Shown: in pieces, positions 9,919 to 19,690 of the stretch | Numbering within the stretch: the stretch's first letter is position 1 | Layout: the number at the start of each line of letters is the position of its first letter | Assembly: GCA_963826715.1 (NCBI GenBank) | Contig: CAWGYA010000008.1 | Location: forward strand, 256,001 to 320,000 | Length of the DNA: 64,000 nt | Reading direction: 5' to 3' | Source of the DNA: Candidatus Bathyarchaeota archaeon | Lineage (GTDB): Archaea; Thermoproteota; Bathyarchaeia; Bathyarchaeales; Bathycorpusculaceae | The notes under the pieces: generated by a model | The model's input: only the letters and a program-made list of their open reading frames with translations | Told to the model about the DNA's origin: nothing | Databases searched by the model: none | Position numbers and translations under genes: made by a program

Positions 9919-10008
9919 TTATGGAAAATATTCGTTATAATAAAAGACGTAGTCGAAGCTACGGAACAAAATTGCAGTACCAGCATCTTTTCCATTTGCA
10001 ATTAGCAT
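9919..10008 (-). CDS. Putative Phe/Tyr-rich leader peptide MLIANGKDAGTAILFRSFDYVFYYNEYFP
   Basis: Hand translation from ATG 10008 to TAA 9919. The last 15 codons include 4 Phe and 4 Tyr. It lies between a TATA box and the first gene of the Phe/Tyr operon. Confidence 0.7.
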   Translation of the reverse strand: MLIANGKDAGTAILFRSFDYVFYYNEYFP

Positions 10009-10040
10009 TGCTTCGAACCTTTGGAATCACTCATATACCA

Positions 10041-10060
10041 AAAAATATAAGCGTTTCGGA
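10041..10060 (-). promoter_or_regulatory. BRE-TATA promoter of the aromatic operon
   Basis: Minus strand reads TCCGAAACGC-TTATATTTTT, about 40 nt upstream of the leader ATG. Confidence 0.55.
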
Positions 10061-10209
10061 TTTAAGCTAAACAATAAGAAGTTAACTCTGGTTCTTAAGA
10101 AAATATGATCCCCTTATTTCTGCGGGGGACGACGTAGTGGAGTTGAGGTAATGGGTTACCAATATTATCACTCGATGAGGTTTAATTTACAAACAATAAT
10201 TGGTGCAAA

Positions 10210-10911
10210 TTACCTTTCGATTTTTATTATCTGAGGTAGCTTCCCGGCTGTTCCAACTTGTCCCTTGTAAATAATCAAGACACCTTCAACTCCATCAATT
10301 GCTAATGCTCTTCTGATCCCCGCTTCAATCCCCACCTCAACATCTCCTGTGACAACATTACCTACTGCAGTCGCCGCTGCATCAGCTAAACTGGCGTTTT
10401 TGCAGAAAACCGTAGCTGCCTCCGCTTGACCAAAGCTAAAAGCGTGACTAAAACATCCTGAGCTGGTAGCGACGGCAATTGGGAACTCTGTTAAGCGGAA
10501 ACCGAAGCGTCTTGAGAGTGGTTCTTCGCCCATGGCTACAGCAATGTCGATAGATTGTTTTGATTGTGCCATGATTTCACCGCCATCCTCCACAACCGCA
10601 ACTTTGCAATTTGTTTTTAGCATATCCGCAACTGCTAAGTCGGCTATAGCTCCAGCAACTGCCGCCATCGGGCCCACGTCTGCTTGCTCTGCTGCTTGAG
10701 CCATAAGTTTTGCAACTAGTGGCGATTCAGGAGGCGTTACAGGTTTAAAAGTATGCAGAAATTTTTTGTTCCCTTGAGCATAAAGTTCTAGTTCTGCATA
10801 ATTATGGGTGATAGATGCCTTAGCGACTTCTATGGCTTGATGGCTGTCAGAAATTATGGTGCATTGAGATTCTTTTAAAATAAAACTTTTCTTAAGCAGA
10901 TTCAATGTCAA
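10210..10911 (-). CDS. UPF0280/ApbE-like protein (MA1715-type sulfur assimilation)
   Basis: VGPMAAVAGAIAD, EDGGEI, ATSSG and ADAAATAVGN motifs. Start moved to TTG 10911, which overlaps the upstream stop. Confidence 0.85.
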   Translation of the reverse strand: MTLNLLKKSFILKESQCTIISDSHQAIEVAKASITHNYAELELYAQGNKKFLHTFKPVTPPESPLVAKLMAQAAEQADVGPMAAVAGAIADLAVADMLKTNCKVAVVEDGGEIMAQSKQSIDIAVAMGEEPLSRRFGFRLTEFPIAVATSSGCFSHAFSFGQAEAATVFCKNASLADAAATAVGNVVTGDVEVGIEAGIRRALAIDGVEGVLIIYKGQVGTAGKLPQIIKIER

Positions 10912-11345
10912 CTTTTCTTTACCTTGCTGTTTACAGAGGTGTCGAACCCATTGGTTTTGATTGACTTTATGGCGCGGGCAGGGCAAGCGTCCACGCAGAT
11001 ACTACATGAACTACCGAGACATTTTTCCTTATCAAAGTTGATTGAAGCATCTTTATCTGTTCTTATGGCTTCCACAGGACAAAGGGCCACACAACTACCG
11101 CAGCTAAAACAACTCTCATAATCTACCTCTATCAGTTTGGGCACGGCTACAGTAACGCCGCGTTTTCGGAAAGCTTCAACTATTTTATCGAGGAATTCAT
11201 CAGGGACTTCGGCTAGAATCTCCCCACCTTTTGAATTAATCTGAGCAGACAGAATTGCGATTGGCACCTTGTATTCGATAATTATTTGTGATGCAATGGG
11301 CTCTGCTACTTGTTCTTCGTTAAATCGGATAAGAATTCTCCCCAT
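10908..11345 (-). CDS. NIL domain + 4Fe-4S ferredoxin (aspartate semialdehyde sulfurtransferase Fe-S subunit)
   Basis: N-terminal NIL-like region; CFSCGSCVALCP and CSICVDACP motifs; follows the DUF39-CBS gene. Confidence 0.85.
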   Translation of the reverse strand: MGRILIRFNEEQVAEPIASQIIIEYKVPIAILSAQINSKGGEILAEVPDEFLDKIVEAFRKRGVTVAVPKLIEVDYESCFSCGSCVALCPVEAIRTDKDASINFDKEKCLGSSCSICVDACPARAIKSIKTNGFDTSVNSKVKKS

Positions 11346-11349
11346 ATCA

Positions 11350-12852
11350 TTACCTTCCTAAAAGTTTAGCTACGTCTTCAGCAGTAACAATTCCTAACAC
11401 TTTCTTTTCGATGTCCACCACGGGTAACGCAGAAATGCAATGTTGCCCCATCCGCTTTGAAGCAATTTCAAGAGGCTCATCGGGTTTGGCTGTAAAGACT
11501 TTGTGGGTTTCGATATCTGCTAAGGCTTTTTTGCCTTCTGCCATGGCGCGAGTTATATCCCATGAGGTTACAATGCCCCGAAGTTTGCAATCACCATCCA
11601 CTACGACAATATGGTTAACAGATTTTGTTACTATACGCCGTGCAATGACGTGGATTTCTTCATCTTCAGTACAAGTGACTGCAGGATGCATTACATTAAC
11701 GACGAAGGGGATTTCTTCAGTTTGCCGCATGGGCTTAAAAACTGTGCTATTTGGCAGTCGCTCAATGGGGGGGGTTAATGTGAAGGTGCCTTCTTCAATC
11801 CATGATTTGAGTGTAGCGGAAACCTTCTTCGCCATCTTTATGCTTGATAACGAGCTAACGCGAACTTTTTTGCCATTCACGTTGATGCTGCCTGATTTGA
11901 GTTCTTTGTAACTAACTTGCCCAAACTTGGGGCGATCACGCCTCGGCACGCTGTAATCAACTACGTCGGTTAAAATTTCGCTATCGCGAATAGCGGTTTT
12001 TTTGGCTAGTCCTAAATTGAGAATTGGAATGGGAATACCCAACCCTACATAGAGGGAGGTACCATACCCTTTGAAAGAAGCCCCCCGCAAAAACTCACTT
12101 GACATCTGCTTTGCGTCTCCCTTCACCATTAAAGTACCGTTTAGGTTTTTGGGGCTATGCTGCGTACCTTCCCCGATGACATAACCCTGTCCACCACCAA
12201 GAAAGATTCGGGTACCCATTCCTATGGTTTCATAATCAGGGTCGTTCATGAGCGGGTTTAATTCGCCTGCACCTGAGAAAGTGGCATTGCGGAATCTGGG
12301 AAGAAGTTTGCTCATATATGTATAGATGATTTCGTCGCTGCTATTTACTGCGCAATTATATCGTTGGTAGCAGTTGCGGAAATTGATAAGGTAAAACTGG
12401 TTTAAGTCATCTGAGGTTAAGGTTGTTTTGATAGAGGTGCGTGGATAGCAATCGGTACCATAGGCATTGGCTCTTAGTTCGACTTCTCTTCCTGCGACTA
12501 AGTCCTCGATAATGTGTCCGCCACCGTATTCATAGGGTTGTTTCTCTGACATGTTGGTTGCGCCAATGAACAAATCCACTGCCGCACCGGGATGGCAGAC
12601 TTCGACGTCGTTTAACCAAGCATGATCAATCTTGATTGGAGGATCGGAGTGCCCAATGTTAATCACTGCACCTGAACTGCACATTGCGCCAAAAGTTCCA
12701 GTGGTAACCACATCTACTTCTTTGAAGGCAACTTCAATACCGCTGCTCTCAACGAGTTTTTTCATTTCTTCAGCGGTTAGAACTTGAGCGTCGCCTTTGC
12801 GAATTTTCTCATTAATCTCTTCGATGCTGCGGGTTTTCGCTTCCTTAGACAA
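11350..12852 (-). CDS. L-aspartate semialdehyde sulfurtransferase (DUF39 + CBS pair, homocysteine biosynthesis)
   Basis: DVVTTGTFGAMCSSG, YGGGHIIEDL and GTDCYPR motifs; two C-terminal CBS domains. Confidence 0.9.
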   Translation of the reverse strand: MSKEAKTRSIEEINEKIRKGDAQVLTAEEMKKLVESSGIEVAFKEVDVVTTGTFGAMCSSGAVINIGHSDPPIKIDHAWLNDVEVCHPGAAVDLFIGATNMSEKQPYEYGGGHIIEDLVAGREVELRANAYGTDCYPRTSIKTTLTSDDLNQFYLINFRNCYQRYNCAVNSSDEIIYTYMSKLLPRFRNATFSGAGELNPLMNDPDYETIGMGTRIFLGGGQGYVIGEGTQHSPKNLNGTLMVKGDAKQMSSEFLRGASFKGYGTSLYVGLGIPIPILNLGLAKKTAIRDSEILTDVVDYSVPRRDRPKFGQVSYKELKSGSINVNGKKVRVSSLSSIKMAKKVSATLKSWIEEGTFTLTPPIERLPNSTVFKPMRQTEEIPFVVNVMHPAVTCTEDEEIHVIARRIVTKSVNHIVVVDGDCKLRGIVTSWDITRAMAEGKKALADIETHKVFTAKPDEPLEIASKRMGQHCISALPVVDIEKKVLGIVTAEDVAKLLGR

Positions 12853-13032
12853 AGTAGCCTTACCTTAACGCCAAACGATTAGGCGGCTGGACAATATAAT
12901 ATTTACTCAAAGATCAAGATCCAATCTGTCCGAGGTCAAAATATTCAACTCTGTGCAAAAATTTTTCTGCAATATTCTATGCAAAAAAGTCAACATAATA
13001 AAGAATGTTGGTTTACATAATAAGAAACGAAA

Positions 13033-13500
13033 TCAGGTTTTTAGTTGATCTGCAATTTTAGCACCGAATTCAACAGATCTAGAAAGTTCCCCTTCTGCGA
13101 GTGGACCTGTTACACCTTTCACTTTCACAGACAATCCTGGCAGAACCTGTCTTAGTTGCGGCATTTTTTCTGCTATTAGGCTTTCTAATTTTTTCTCAGC
13201 TCTGTCTTGTGAACGAAATCTACCTGAGTAAGTTCCGAAAACAGCCACCCTATCAGCTTTCAAATCGCTGGAGGCTAAACGCTCAATGAAGTTCTTCATT
13301 GCCCTTGATGGACTAGCCATGTGATTAGGGGCACCCAAGATTATGAGATCAGAACAAATTGCATTTTGGAGGTTAACTTCTTTAATGTATCCCATATCGA
13401 CGTCTATGCCCTCAAACTTTTTTAAACCGTCTACAATTTTTTCGGCTACAACCTTAGTGTTGCCATACTTGGAATCATAAAAGACAAAGACTTTCACCAT
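13033..13500 (-). CDS. Flavodoxin-like protein
   Basis: YDSKYGNT FMN-binding motif; start moved to ATG 13500. Confidence 0.8.
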   Translation of the reverse strand: MVKVFVFYDSKYGNTKVVAEKIVDGLKKFEGIDVDMGYIKEVNLQNAICSDLIILGAPNHMASPSRAMKNFIERLASSDLKADRVAVFGTYSGRFRSQDRAEKKLESLIAEKMPQLRQVLPGLSVKVKGVTGPLAEGELSRSVEFGAKIADQLKT

Positions 13501-13721
13501 AAATTTTCTCTCAAAATATAATGTGAATGGCAACGTAAAAAGTTCCCCCCTAACATATCAGGGTAACGAAACTACCACGCTAACAATAATTGGAGAAAGA
13601 TTTCGTAATGCACCATGATACAGAGTAATGCGTTTTCTTTAGATTTATGCGAAACTTGTAAACAAGATGCGTTTGAGGACACAATGGTCTATTCAGTTAC
13701 ACCTTTTGAAGTGAAGAATAG

Positions 13722-16700
13722 TTACCATTGCTTCCAGGGCAACTCGTCCATGTATTCATTGAGGCTTCGAATGCTGTTGCTGTTTTGGTCTTTATGTTTG
13801 AGCACATCCACTAGGGCCGCTGCTAACTGCAAATTGGTGATAACTGGAACGTTGAATTCCACCGCTTGACGTCGTATGACGTAACCATCGGTTAAAATAT
13901 CATTAAAGCTTGAACGGCGATTTGCCATGGGTACGTTGATGACGAGGTCAATTTTGCGTTCTTGAAGGTAGTCAAGGATGTTGGGAGTGACTTCAGGATC
14001 TTTGACTTTGTGGAGAACAACTGTGTTTATGTCATTGTTGTTGAGCACTCTAGCTGTATTTGCTGTCGCATAGATTTTGAAGCCCATATCTGCGAAGGAC
14101 TTGGCGATTGGAACCACTCGTTTCTTGCGTTCCTCGTCGCCGCCGACACTGATGAGCACTGACCCGCCTTTTGGAGGAATTGTGAACTCTGCAGCCTGTA
14201 AGGCTTTGAAGAATGCATCTGAGAAGTTCTCGCCCAAACAGGCCACCTCACCAGTGCTAAGCATTTCAACGCCAAGAACTGGATCGGCGCCACTAAGGCG
14301 CATGAAGCTGAACTGGGGTACCTTAACTCCTACGTGAGGGGCTACCTGCATCGGTGAGAGTTTGGCGTTGATTTTTTTGCCCAACATCGCGAGAGTAGCA
14401 AGTTCAATCAGATTTATCCCGCGGGTTTTGCTGACAAACGGCATGGAGCGTGATGCTCGTAGGTTACATTCAATTACGTTGACTATGTCGTCTTTTACTA
14501 GGTATTGGATGTTATAGGGACCGTGTATTTTGAGGGCTTTTACGATGCTTATTGTTGCTTCCTCAATATCTTTTTGAACCTCGGGTTTGAGGGCTTGAGG
14601 GGGAATGGTCATGGTTGCGTCGCCGCTATGGACACCTGCGTTTTCGACATGTTCCATGATGGCGCCGATAAAGACATTTTCGCCATCGGAGACACCGTCA
14701 ACTTCGACTTCTTTGGCGCGGGTAATGAATTTGCTAATAACCACAGGATGGTCGCGGGAAACCTTCGCTGCTAGGTTGAGGAAATTAATCAGCGAGACCT
14801 CGTTGTATGCGACTCTCATAGCGGAACCGGAAAGCACATAGCTTGGGCGTACCAGGACGGGGTAGCCGATTTTCTGTGCAAACCGCTTCGCATCTTCAAT
14901 TGATTGAAGTTTACTCCAGCCTGGCTGATGAATACCTAATTGGTCGAGGAGTGCGCTGAATTTGCTACGGTCTTCGGCTAGGTCTACATCCTGTGCTGAT
15001 GTGCCCAAGATGTTGGCGCCTGCTTCGCAGAGCGGTAAAGAGAGGTTGTTAGGAATTTGTCCGCCGACGCTGGTTATAATACCGAGTGGCTTTTCCTTTT
15101 CGTATATGTCTAGGATGCGTTCGGCAGTTAATTCTTCAAAGTAGAGTTTGTCGGAGACATCATAATCTGTGCTGACAGTTTCAGGGTTGTAATTGACCAT
15201 GATGGCTTCTTTTATGCCGTTTTTCTTGAGCGCCCAAATTGTGTTAACCCCACACCAGTCAAACTCCACACTACTACCAATGCGGAAAACACCTGCACCT
15301 AAAACTATGACTTTGCTCGGATCTGTGCTCAGTTCAATGTCGTCTTCGTCTCCGCCGTATGTAAGGTAGAGGTAGTTGGTTTTTGCTGGCCATTCTGCAG
15401 CCAAAGTATCGATCTGCTTTACTACGGGGATAATGCCTGCTTTTTTGCGGTAGCTACGGATGGAGTTTTCTGTGGTTTTTTGGCAAACTGCGATTTGTTC
15501 GTCTGAGAAGCCCAAGCGTTTGGCTTCGCGAATAATTTTAACTGCATCAGTTTCTGCGAGGTTGAGGCAGCAGAGTTGGGATTCCATGTCTATTATGTTT
15601 TGGATTTTGTGTAGGAAAAATGGATCAACTCCGCTTAAACGGTAAATCTCCATTATGGGGATTCCGATTTTGAGGGCTTTTGCAACCTTGTACAGGCGTT
15701 CGTCTGTGGGATGCGCCATCTCATCGCGTAGGCTCTCCTCAGATTCTAATTCTGTGTCCTCCGGGTTACAGACCAATCCTATTTTTCCAGTGTCGAGCAT
15801 GCGTACCGCTTTCTGCAGGGCTTCTTCAAAGCAGCGACCAATTGCCATGACTTCTCCGACGCTGCGCATTTGAGGACCGACATGGCGATCTGCGTTTTTG
15901 AATTTCTGCAGGTCCCAGCGGGGAATTTTGACGGTGATATAGTCTAGGGCGGGTTCGAAGCATGCGGTGGTGACTTCAGTGACTTTGTTGATGAGTTCAG
16001 GCAGTGTGTAGCCTAATGTTAGTTTAGTTGCGATGTAAGCTAGTGGGTAGCCTGTTACTTTGCTGGCTAGAGCTGAGCTTCGGGACATGCGTGAGTTGAC
16101 TTCGATAACGCGGCACTCTTCAGATTTTGGATGTAGCGCCCATTGGATGTTACATTCGCCTACGATTCCGAGACTGCGTATTGCATTTATGGAAATCGTG
16201 CGAATTTGGTGGTATTCACGGTTTGTCATAGTCTGTGAAGGCGCGACAACTATGGAGTCGCCTGTGTGGATGCCCATTGGGTCAAAGTTCTCCATATTGC
16301 ACACGGTTAGGCAGTTGTCAGCGTAATCGCGCATTACTTCGTACTCGACTTCCTTCCAGTGCCCCACGTATTCTTCTACAAGAACTTGGTTGATGCGGCT
16401 CTGAGCAATGCCAATAGTTACGATTTCTTTGAGTTCATGTTGGTTGTGGGCGACGCCTGCACCTTTTCCGCCAAGTGTGTAGGCCACTCGGACCATTACA
16501 GGGTAGCCAATTTCTTCGGCAATTGTCTCTGCCTGTTTGAAGCTGGTTGCTGCTCTACTTTTTAGGTATGGTACACCAGCTTTTTGCATAGCTTGGCGGA
16601 AGCGTTCGCGGTCTCCAGTGTCTTCGATAGCTTGGACAGGTGTTCCTAAAACTTTGACGTTGTATTTTTGGAGAATACCCGTTTTTTCGAGTTCTAAACC

Positions 16701-16994
16701 GCAATTAAGAGCAGTTTGTCCACCGAAACCTAAGAGGATACCGTCTGGGCGTTCTTTGGCGATAACTTTTTCGACGTATTCAGGAGTAACTGGTAAAAGG
16801 TATACTTTGCCTGAGAGACGCGGGTCAGTTTGAATGGTTGCGATGTTTGGGTTAATCAAAACCGTTTCAATACCTTCTTCACGAAGTGCTTTTAGGCATT
16901 GGCTACCGCTGTAATCGAATTCGGCAGCTTCCCCGATTTTTATTGCACCGCTTCCTAGCACCATAACTTTCTTTATCCAGTCAAACTTTGGCAT
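13722..16994 (-). CDS. carB: Carbamoyl-phosphate synthase large subunit
   Basis: AAEFDYSGSQ; duplicated ATP-grasp (HTGDS and HSGDA); C-terminal MGS domain. Confidence 0.97.
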   Translation of the reverse strand: MPKFDWIKKVMVLGSGAIKIGEAAEFDYSGSQCLKALREEGIETVLINPNIATIQTDPRLSGKVYLLPVTPEYVEKVIAKERPDGILLGFGGQTALNCGLELEKTGILQKYNVKVLGTPVQAIEDTGDRERFRQAMQKAGVPYLKSRAATSFKQAETIAEEIGYPVMVRVAYTLGGKGAGVAHNQHELKEIVTIGIAQSRINQVLVEEYVGHWKEVEYEVMRDYADNCLTVCNMENFDPMGIHTGDSIVVAPSQTMTNREYHQIRTISINAIRSLGIVGECNIQWALHPKSEECRVIEVNSRMSRSSALASKVTGYPLAYIATKLTLGYTLPELINKVTEVTTACFEPALDYITVKIPRWDLQKFKNADRHVGPQMRSVGEVMAIGRCFEEALQKAVRMLDTGKIGLVCNPEDTELESEESLRDEMAHPTDERLYKVAKALKIGIPIMEIYRLSGVDPFFLHKIQNIIDMESQLCCLNLAETDAVKIIREAKRLGFSDEQIAVCQKTTENSIRSYRKKAGIIPVVKQIDTLAAEWPAKTNYLYLTYGGDEDDIELSTDPSKVIVLGAGVFRIGSSVEFDWCGVNTIWALKKNGIKEAIMVNYNPETVSTDYDVSDKLYFEELTAERILDIYEKEKPLGIITSVGGQIPNNLSLPLCEAGANILGTSAQDVDLAEDRSKFSALLDQLGIHQPGWSKLQSIEDAKRFAQKIGYPVLVRPSYVLSGSAMRVAYNEVSLINFLNLAAKVSRDHPVVISKFITRAKEVEVDGVSDGENVFIGAIMEHVENAGVHSGDATMTIPPQALKPEVQKDIEEATISIVKALKIHGPYNIQYLVKDDIVNVIECNLRASRSMPFVSKTRGINLIELATLAMLGKKINAKLSPMQVAPHVGVKVPQFSFMRLSGADPVLGVEMLSTGEVACLGENFSDAFFKALQAAEFTIPPKGGSVLISVGGDEERKKRVVPIAKSFADMGFKIYATANTARVLNNNDINTVVLHKVKDPEVTPNILDYLQERKIDLVINVPMANRRSSFNDILTDGYVIRRQAVEFNVPVITNLQLAAALVDVLKHKDQNSNSIRSLNEYMDELPWKQW

Positions 16995-18152
16995 TTATGG
17001 CGCCTCCAAAGATTTTGCGAATTTATCAAACAGCATCTCCGTGTCATATGGACCTGGTGAGGCTTCTGGGTGCCATTGAACCGCGAAAACAGGTTTATTT
17101 TTGTGGCATACGCCTTCGGTTGTTTTGTCGTTTGGATTCAAAAACCAAGGCTGTAGAGGTGTTTTTTTCAGGGATTCCATGTTTATAGCGTAACCATGGT
17201 TCTGCGTGGTGATGTAGCAGCGGCGACTCGCCAAGTCTAGGGCAGGTTGGTTCTGTGCGCGGTGGCCAAATTTGAGTTTATATGTGTCACCGCCTAGTGC
17301 CAGCGCAAGAATTTGTGCGCCAAGGCAGATACCCATAATTGGGGTTTTTTCGCTGAGTTCGCGGATAGATTCGATAGTTTTAATGCATTTTTTGGGATCG
17401 CCTGGTCCATTGCTTATGAATACACCATTGGGATTATAGTTGAGGATTTCATTTGCGGGTGTATCATAGGGGACGCGGACTACATTTATGCCTCTTTTGA
17501 GCAAGTTTCGTATGATGCTGTATTTAACCCCACAGTCAATGAGTACCACGGTTTTTTTTCCTTCTATGCTGTATGATACGGGTTTTTTGACTGAGACTTC
17601 TTTAACTAGGTCGGTTTTATTGGGGTCAGCGATGTTTTTGCCGTTCTTTAGCAATGATTCTATGTCGGGTTCTTGGCCCTCTTCAAAAGCTTGCAGTATA
17701 CCCAGCATGACTCCGTGGGTGCGGAGTTTCTTGGTTAAGTGACGTGTATCTACGCCGTAGATGCCGGGAACGCCTTCGTCTGTGAGCCATTGATCAAGGG
17801 TACGGGTGGATGCCCAGTGAAAGGGTTGATGACAGAGTTCATGGATGATTAAGCCTTGAACTTGGATGTGGGCAGATTCAAAATAGAGTGGCAAGCCAAG
17901 GTTGAGTTGGTTTGATGGAACGCCATAGTTGCCCACCATAGGGTACGTGAAAGTTAAAATCTGTCCCTTATAGGACGGGTCCGTCAATGCTTCGGGGTAA
18001 CCAACCATCTGAGTGGAAAAAACAACTTCTCCAGAAATTTTGCCTGTTGCACCAAAACCTTTACCGATAAATGACGTTCCGTCTTCAAGTAGCAGAACAG
18101 CTTTTTTACTATTTTTGGACGTGCTATCTTGTGGAGCCAAAGCCCTATTCAA
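16995..18152 (-). CDS. carA: Carbamoyl-phosphate synthase small subunit
   Basis: LTDPSYKGQ, SNGPGDP, GICLG and HPEASPGP motifs. Confidence 0.97.
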   Translation of the reverse strand: MNRALAPQDSTSKNSKKAVLLLEDGTSFIGKGFGATGKISGEVVFSTQMVGYPEALTDPSYKGQILTFTYPMVGNYGVPSNQLNLGLPLYFESAHIQVQGLIIHELCHQPFHWASTRTLDQWLTDEGVPGIYGVDTRHLTKKLRTHGVMLGILQAFEEGQEPDIESLLKNGKNIADPNKTDLVKEVSVKKPVSYSIEGKKTVVLIDCGVKYSIIRNLLKRGINVVRVPYDTPANEILNYNPNGVFISNGPGDPKKCIKTIESIRELSEKTPIMGICLGAQILALALGGDTYKLKFGHRAQNQPALDLASRRCYITTQNHGYAINMESLKKTPLQPWFLNPNDKTTEGVCHKNKPVFAVQWHPEASPGPYDTEMLFDKFAKSLEAP

Positions 18153-18156
18153 CCTA

Positions 18157-19665
18157 TCAGTCTAAATTTTTAAGTTTTGCGCTTTCACGCGTGTTTGAAA
18201 GAGAATAAGCCGAGACTAGTTGGTCTAGTTTGCCTGCGGCGACATCTTGTTTTTTCTTGAGTGCTGTGATGACCTGTTTTGTATCGGCGAGAGTTTTATT
18301 GCTGCCTTTAATGGCTCTTTCAACTTCTGCGGGTGATGGACCACCTTGTACTTTATATGTTTCTATTAGTTTGCGGAGATTTGTGCATGAAACTATGTCT
18401 CGGTTTTTAATTGTTAATTTGATGTTTGCTGTTTCCAGAGCAATTTTTTCCAGCAACGGTGGCGTTGCATCGGTTAATGTTTTCTTTTCGTCAAGCAGTG
18501 CCTTTACGAGTGTACCAATGATTTTGTGGGAAGTTCGGAAAGCCACATTGTGCTTGCTAACCAGCATGTTGGCAAGCTCAGTAGCGCCGACAAAGCCCGC
18601 TGCTGCCTTTGATTCAACATCAGCAGATAGTTTTAGCTTTGGGATAATCGCGGTGAAAATCGCCAGCGATGTTGCCAGGTTGTCAACTGAAGCCCAGAGC
18701 TTAGGAGTTATTTCTTGGAAGTCAAGGTTGTAAGTAGTTGGCAGGCTCTTGAGTATGGCTGCAGTCGCAACAAAATCTGCCAAGCCATAACTGGCACGTG
18801 CACGGATTACTTCTAGCACCTCCGGATTTTTTTTCTGAGGCATGATGCTGCTTGTGGAGGTGAATTCATCGGGCAATTCGACTGTGCTGAATTCGGCTGA
18901 ACTCCAAATTATGAGGTCTTCAGCGAAGCGGCTGAGGTTCACGGCGAGAAGTGAAAGAACAGCTTGGGTCTCCATTATAAAATCTCGGCTACCTACTGCA
19001 TCCAGGGAATTTTCTAGTACTCTGTCGAAACCCAAAAGCTGGGCAGTTGTTTTTCTGTTTATGGGAAAACTTGTTGTCGCCAACGCGCATGCCCCAAGTG
19101 GGCATAAGTTAACACGTTGATATGCGCTTTGTAGTCGTTCAAGATCCCGTCCTAAAGCATCAACATGCGAGAGAAGATAGTGCCCAAAAGTTACTGGCTG
19201 GGCAGCTTGCAGATGAGTATATTCGAGTATTACTGTTTCTGTGTGCTTTGCTGCTGTCTCCAGAAGAACCTGTTGCATGTAAACTATTTGTTCCATGAGG
19301 GTTAGCAGTTTGGTTCGCAGCGTCATGCGTATGGCGGTTGCGACTTGGTCGTTTCGGCTCTTGGCTATATGCAAGTTGCCGCCGACTTCAGGACCATTTT
19401 CTGCTAAAACTGCCTCTTCCAACGCCATATGTACATCTTCGGCGTTGGAGTCAAGGTTTTGGCTATTTTGTTTTTGGAGGGCTAAGAGAATTTTTGCTCC
19501 GTTCTGCCATGTTATTATCTTCTGGTCCATAAGCATAACGATGTGGGCTTTGTTAATGGCTATGACGGCGTCGACTAAGAGCGAATCGTCTTTGCGTGAA
19601 GAGCAGAATTTGGCTACGTCAGCGCGTACATCGCTTAGGCGTCCGCCATGCAGCATTTTCGACAA
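18157..19665 (-). CDS. argH: Argininosuccinate lyase
   Basis: SRNDQVAT, YTHLQAAQP and SSIMPQKKNP motifs. Confidence 0.96.
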   Translation of the reverse strand: MSKMLHGGRLSDVRADVAKFCSSRKDDSLLVDAVIAINKAHIVMLMDQKIITWQNGAKILLALQKQNSQNLDSNAEDVHMALEEAVLAENGPEVGGNLHIAKSRNDQVATAIRMTLRTKLLTLMEQIVYMQQVLLETAAKHTETVILEYTHLQAAQPVTFGHYLLSHVDALGRDLERLQSAYQRVNLCPLGACALATTSFPINRKTTAQLLGFDRVLENSLDAVGSRDFIMETQAVLSLLAVNLSRFAEDLIIWSSAEFSTVELPDEFTSTSSIMPQKKNPEVLEVIRARASYGLADFVATAAILKSLPTTYNLDFQEITPKLWASVDNLATSLAIFTAIIPKLKLSADVESKAAAGFVGATELANMLVSKHNVAFRTSHKIIGTLVKALLDEKKTLTDATPPLLEKIALETANIKLTIKNRDIVSCTNLRKLIETYKVQGGPSPAEVERAIKGSNKTLADTKQVITALKKKQDVAAGKLDQLVSAYSLSNTRESAKLKNLD

Positions 19666-19690
19666 TTCTCAGCCTCCATTCGTTCTAAAT

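Noticed and set aside
10002-10034. Short ORF MSDSKGSKQC upstream of the leader
   Set aside because: Its ATG is only about 10 nt from the TATA box, probably upstream of the transcription start, and it has no regulatory codons.
9861-10070. 69-aa plus-strand ORF in the ORF track
   Set aside because: It is antisense to the leader region and has no motif; the minus-strand leader ORF explains the region better.
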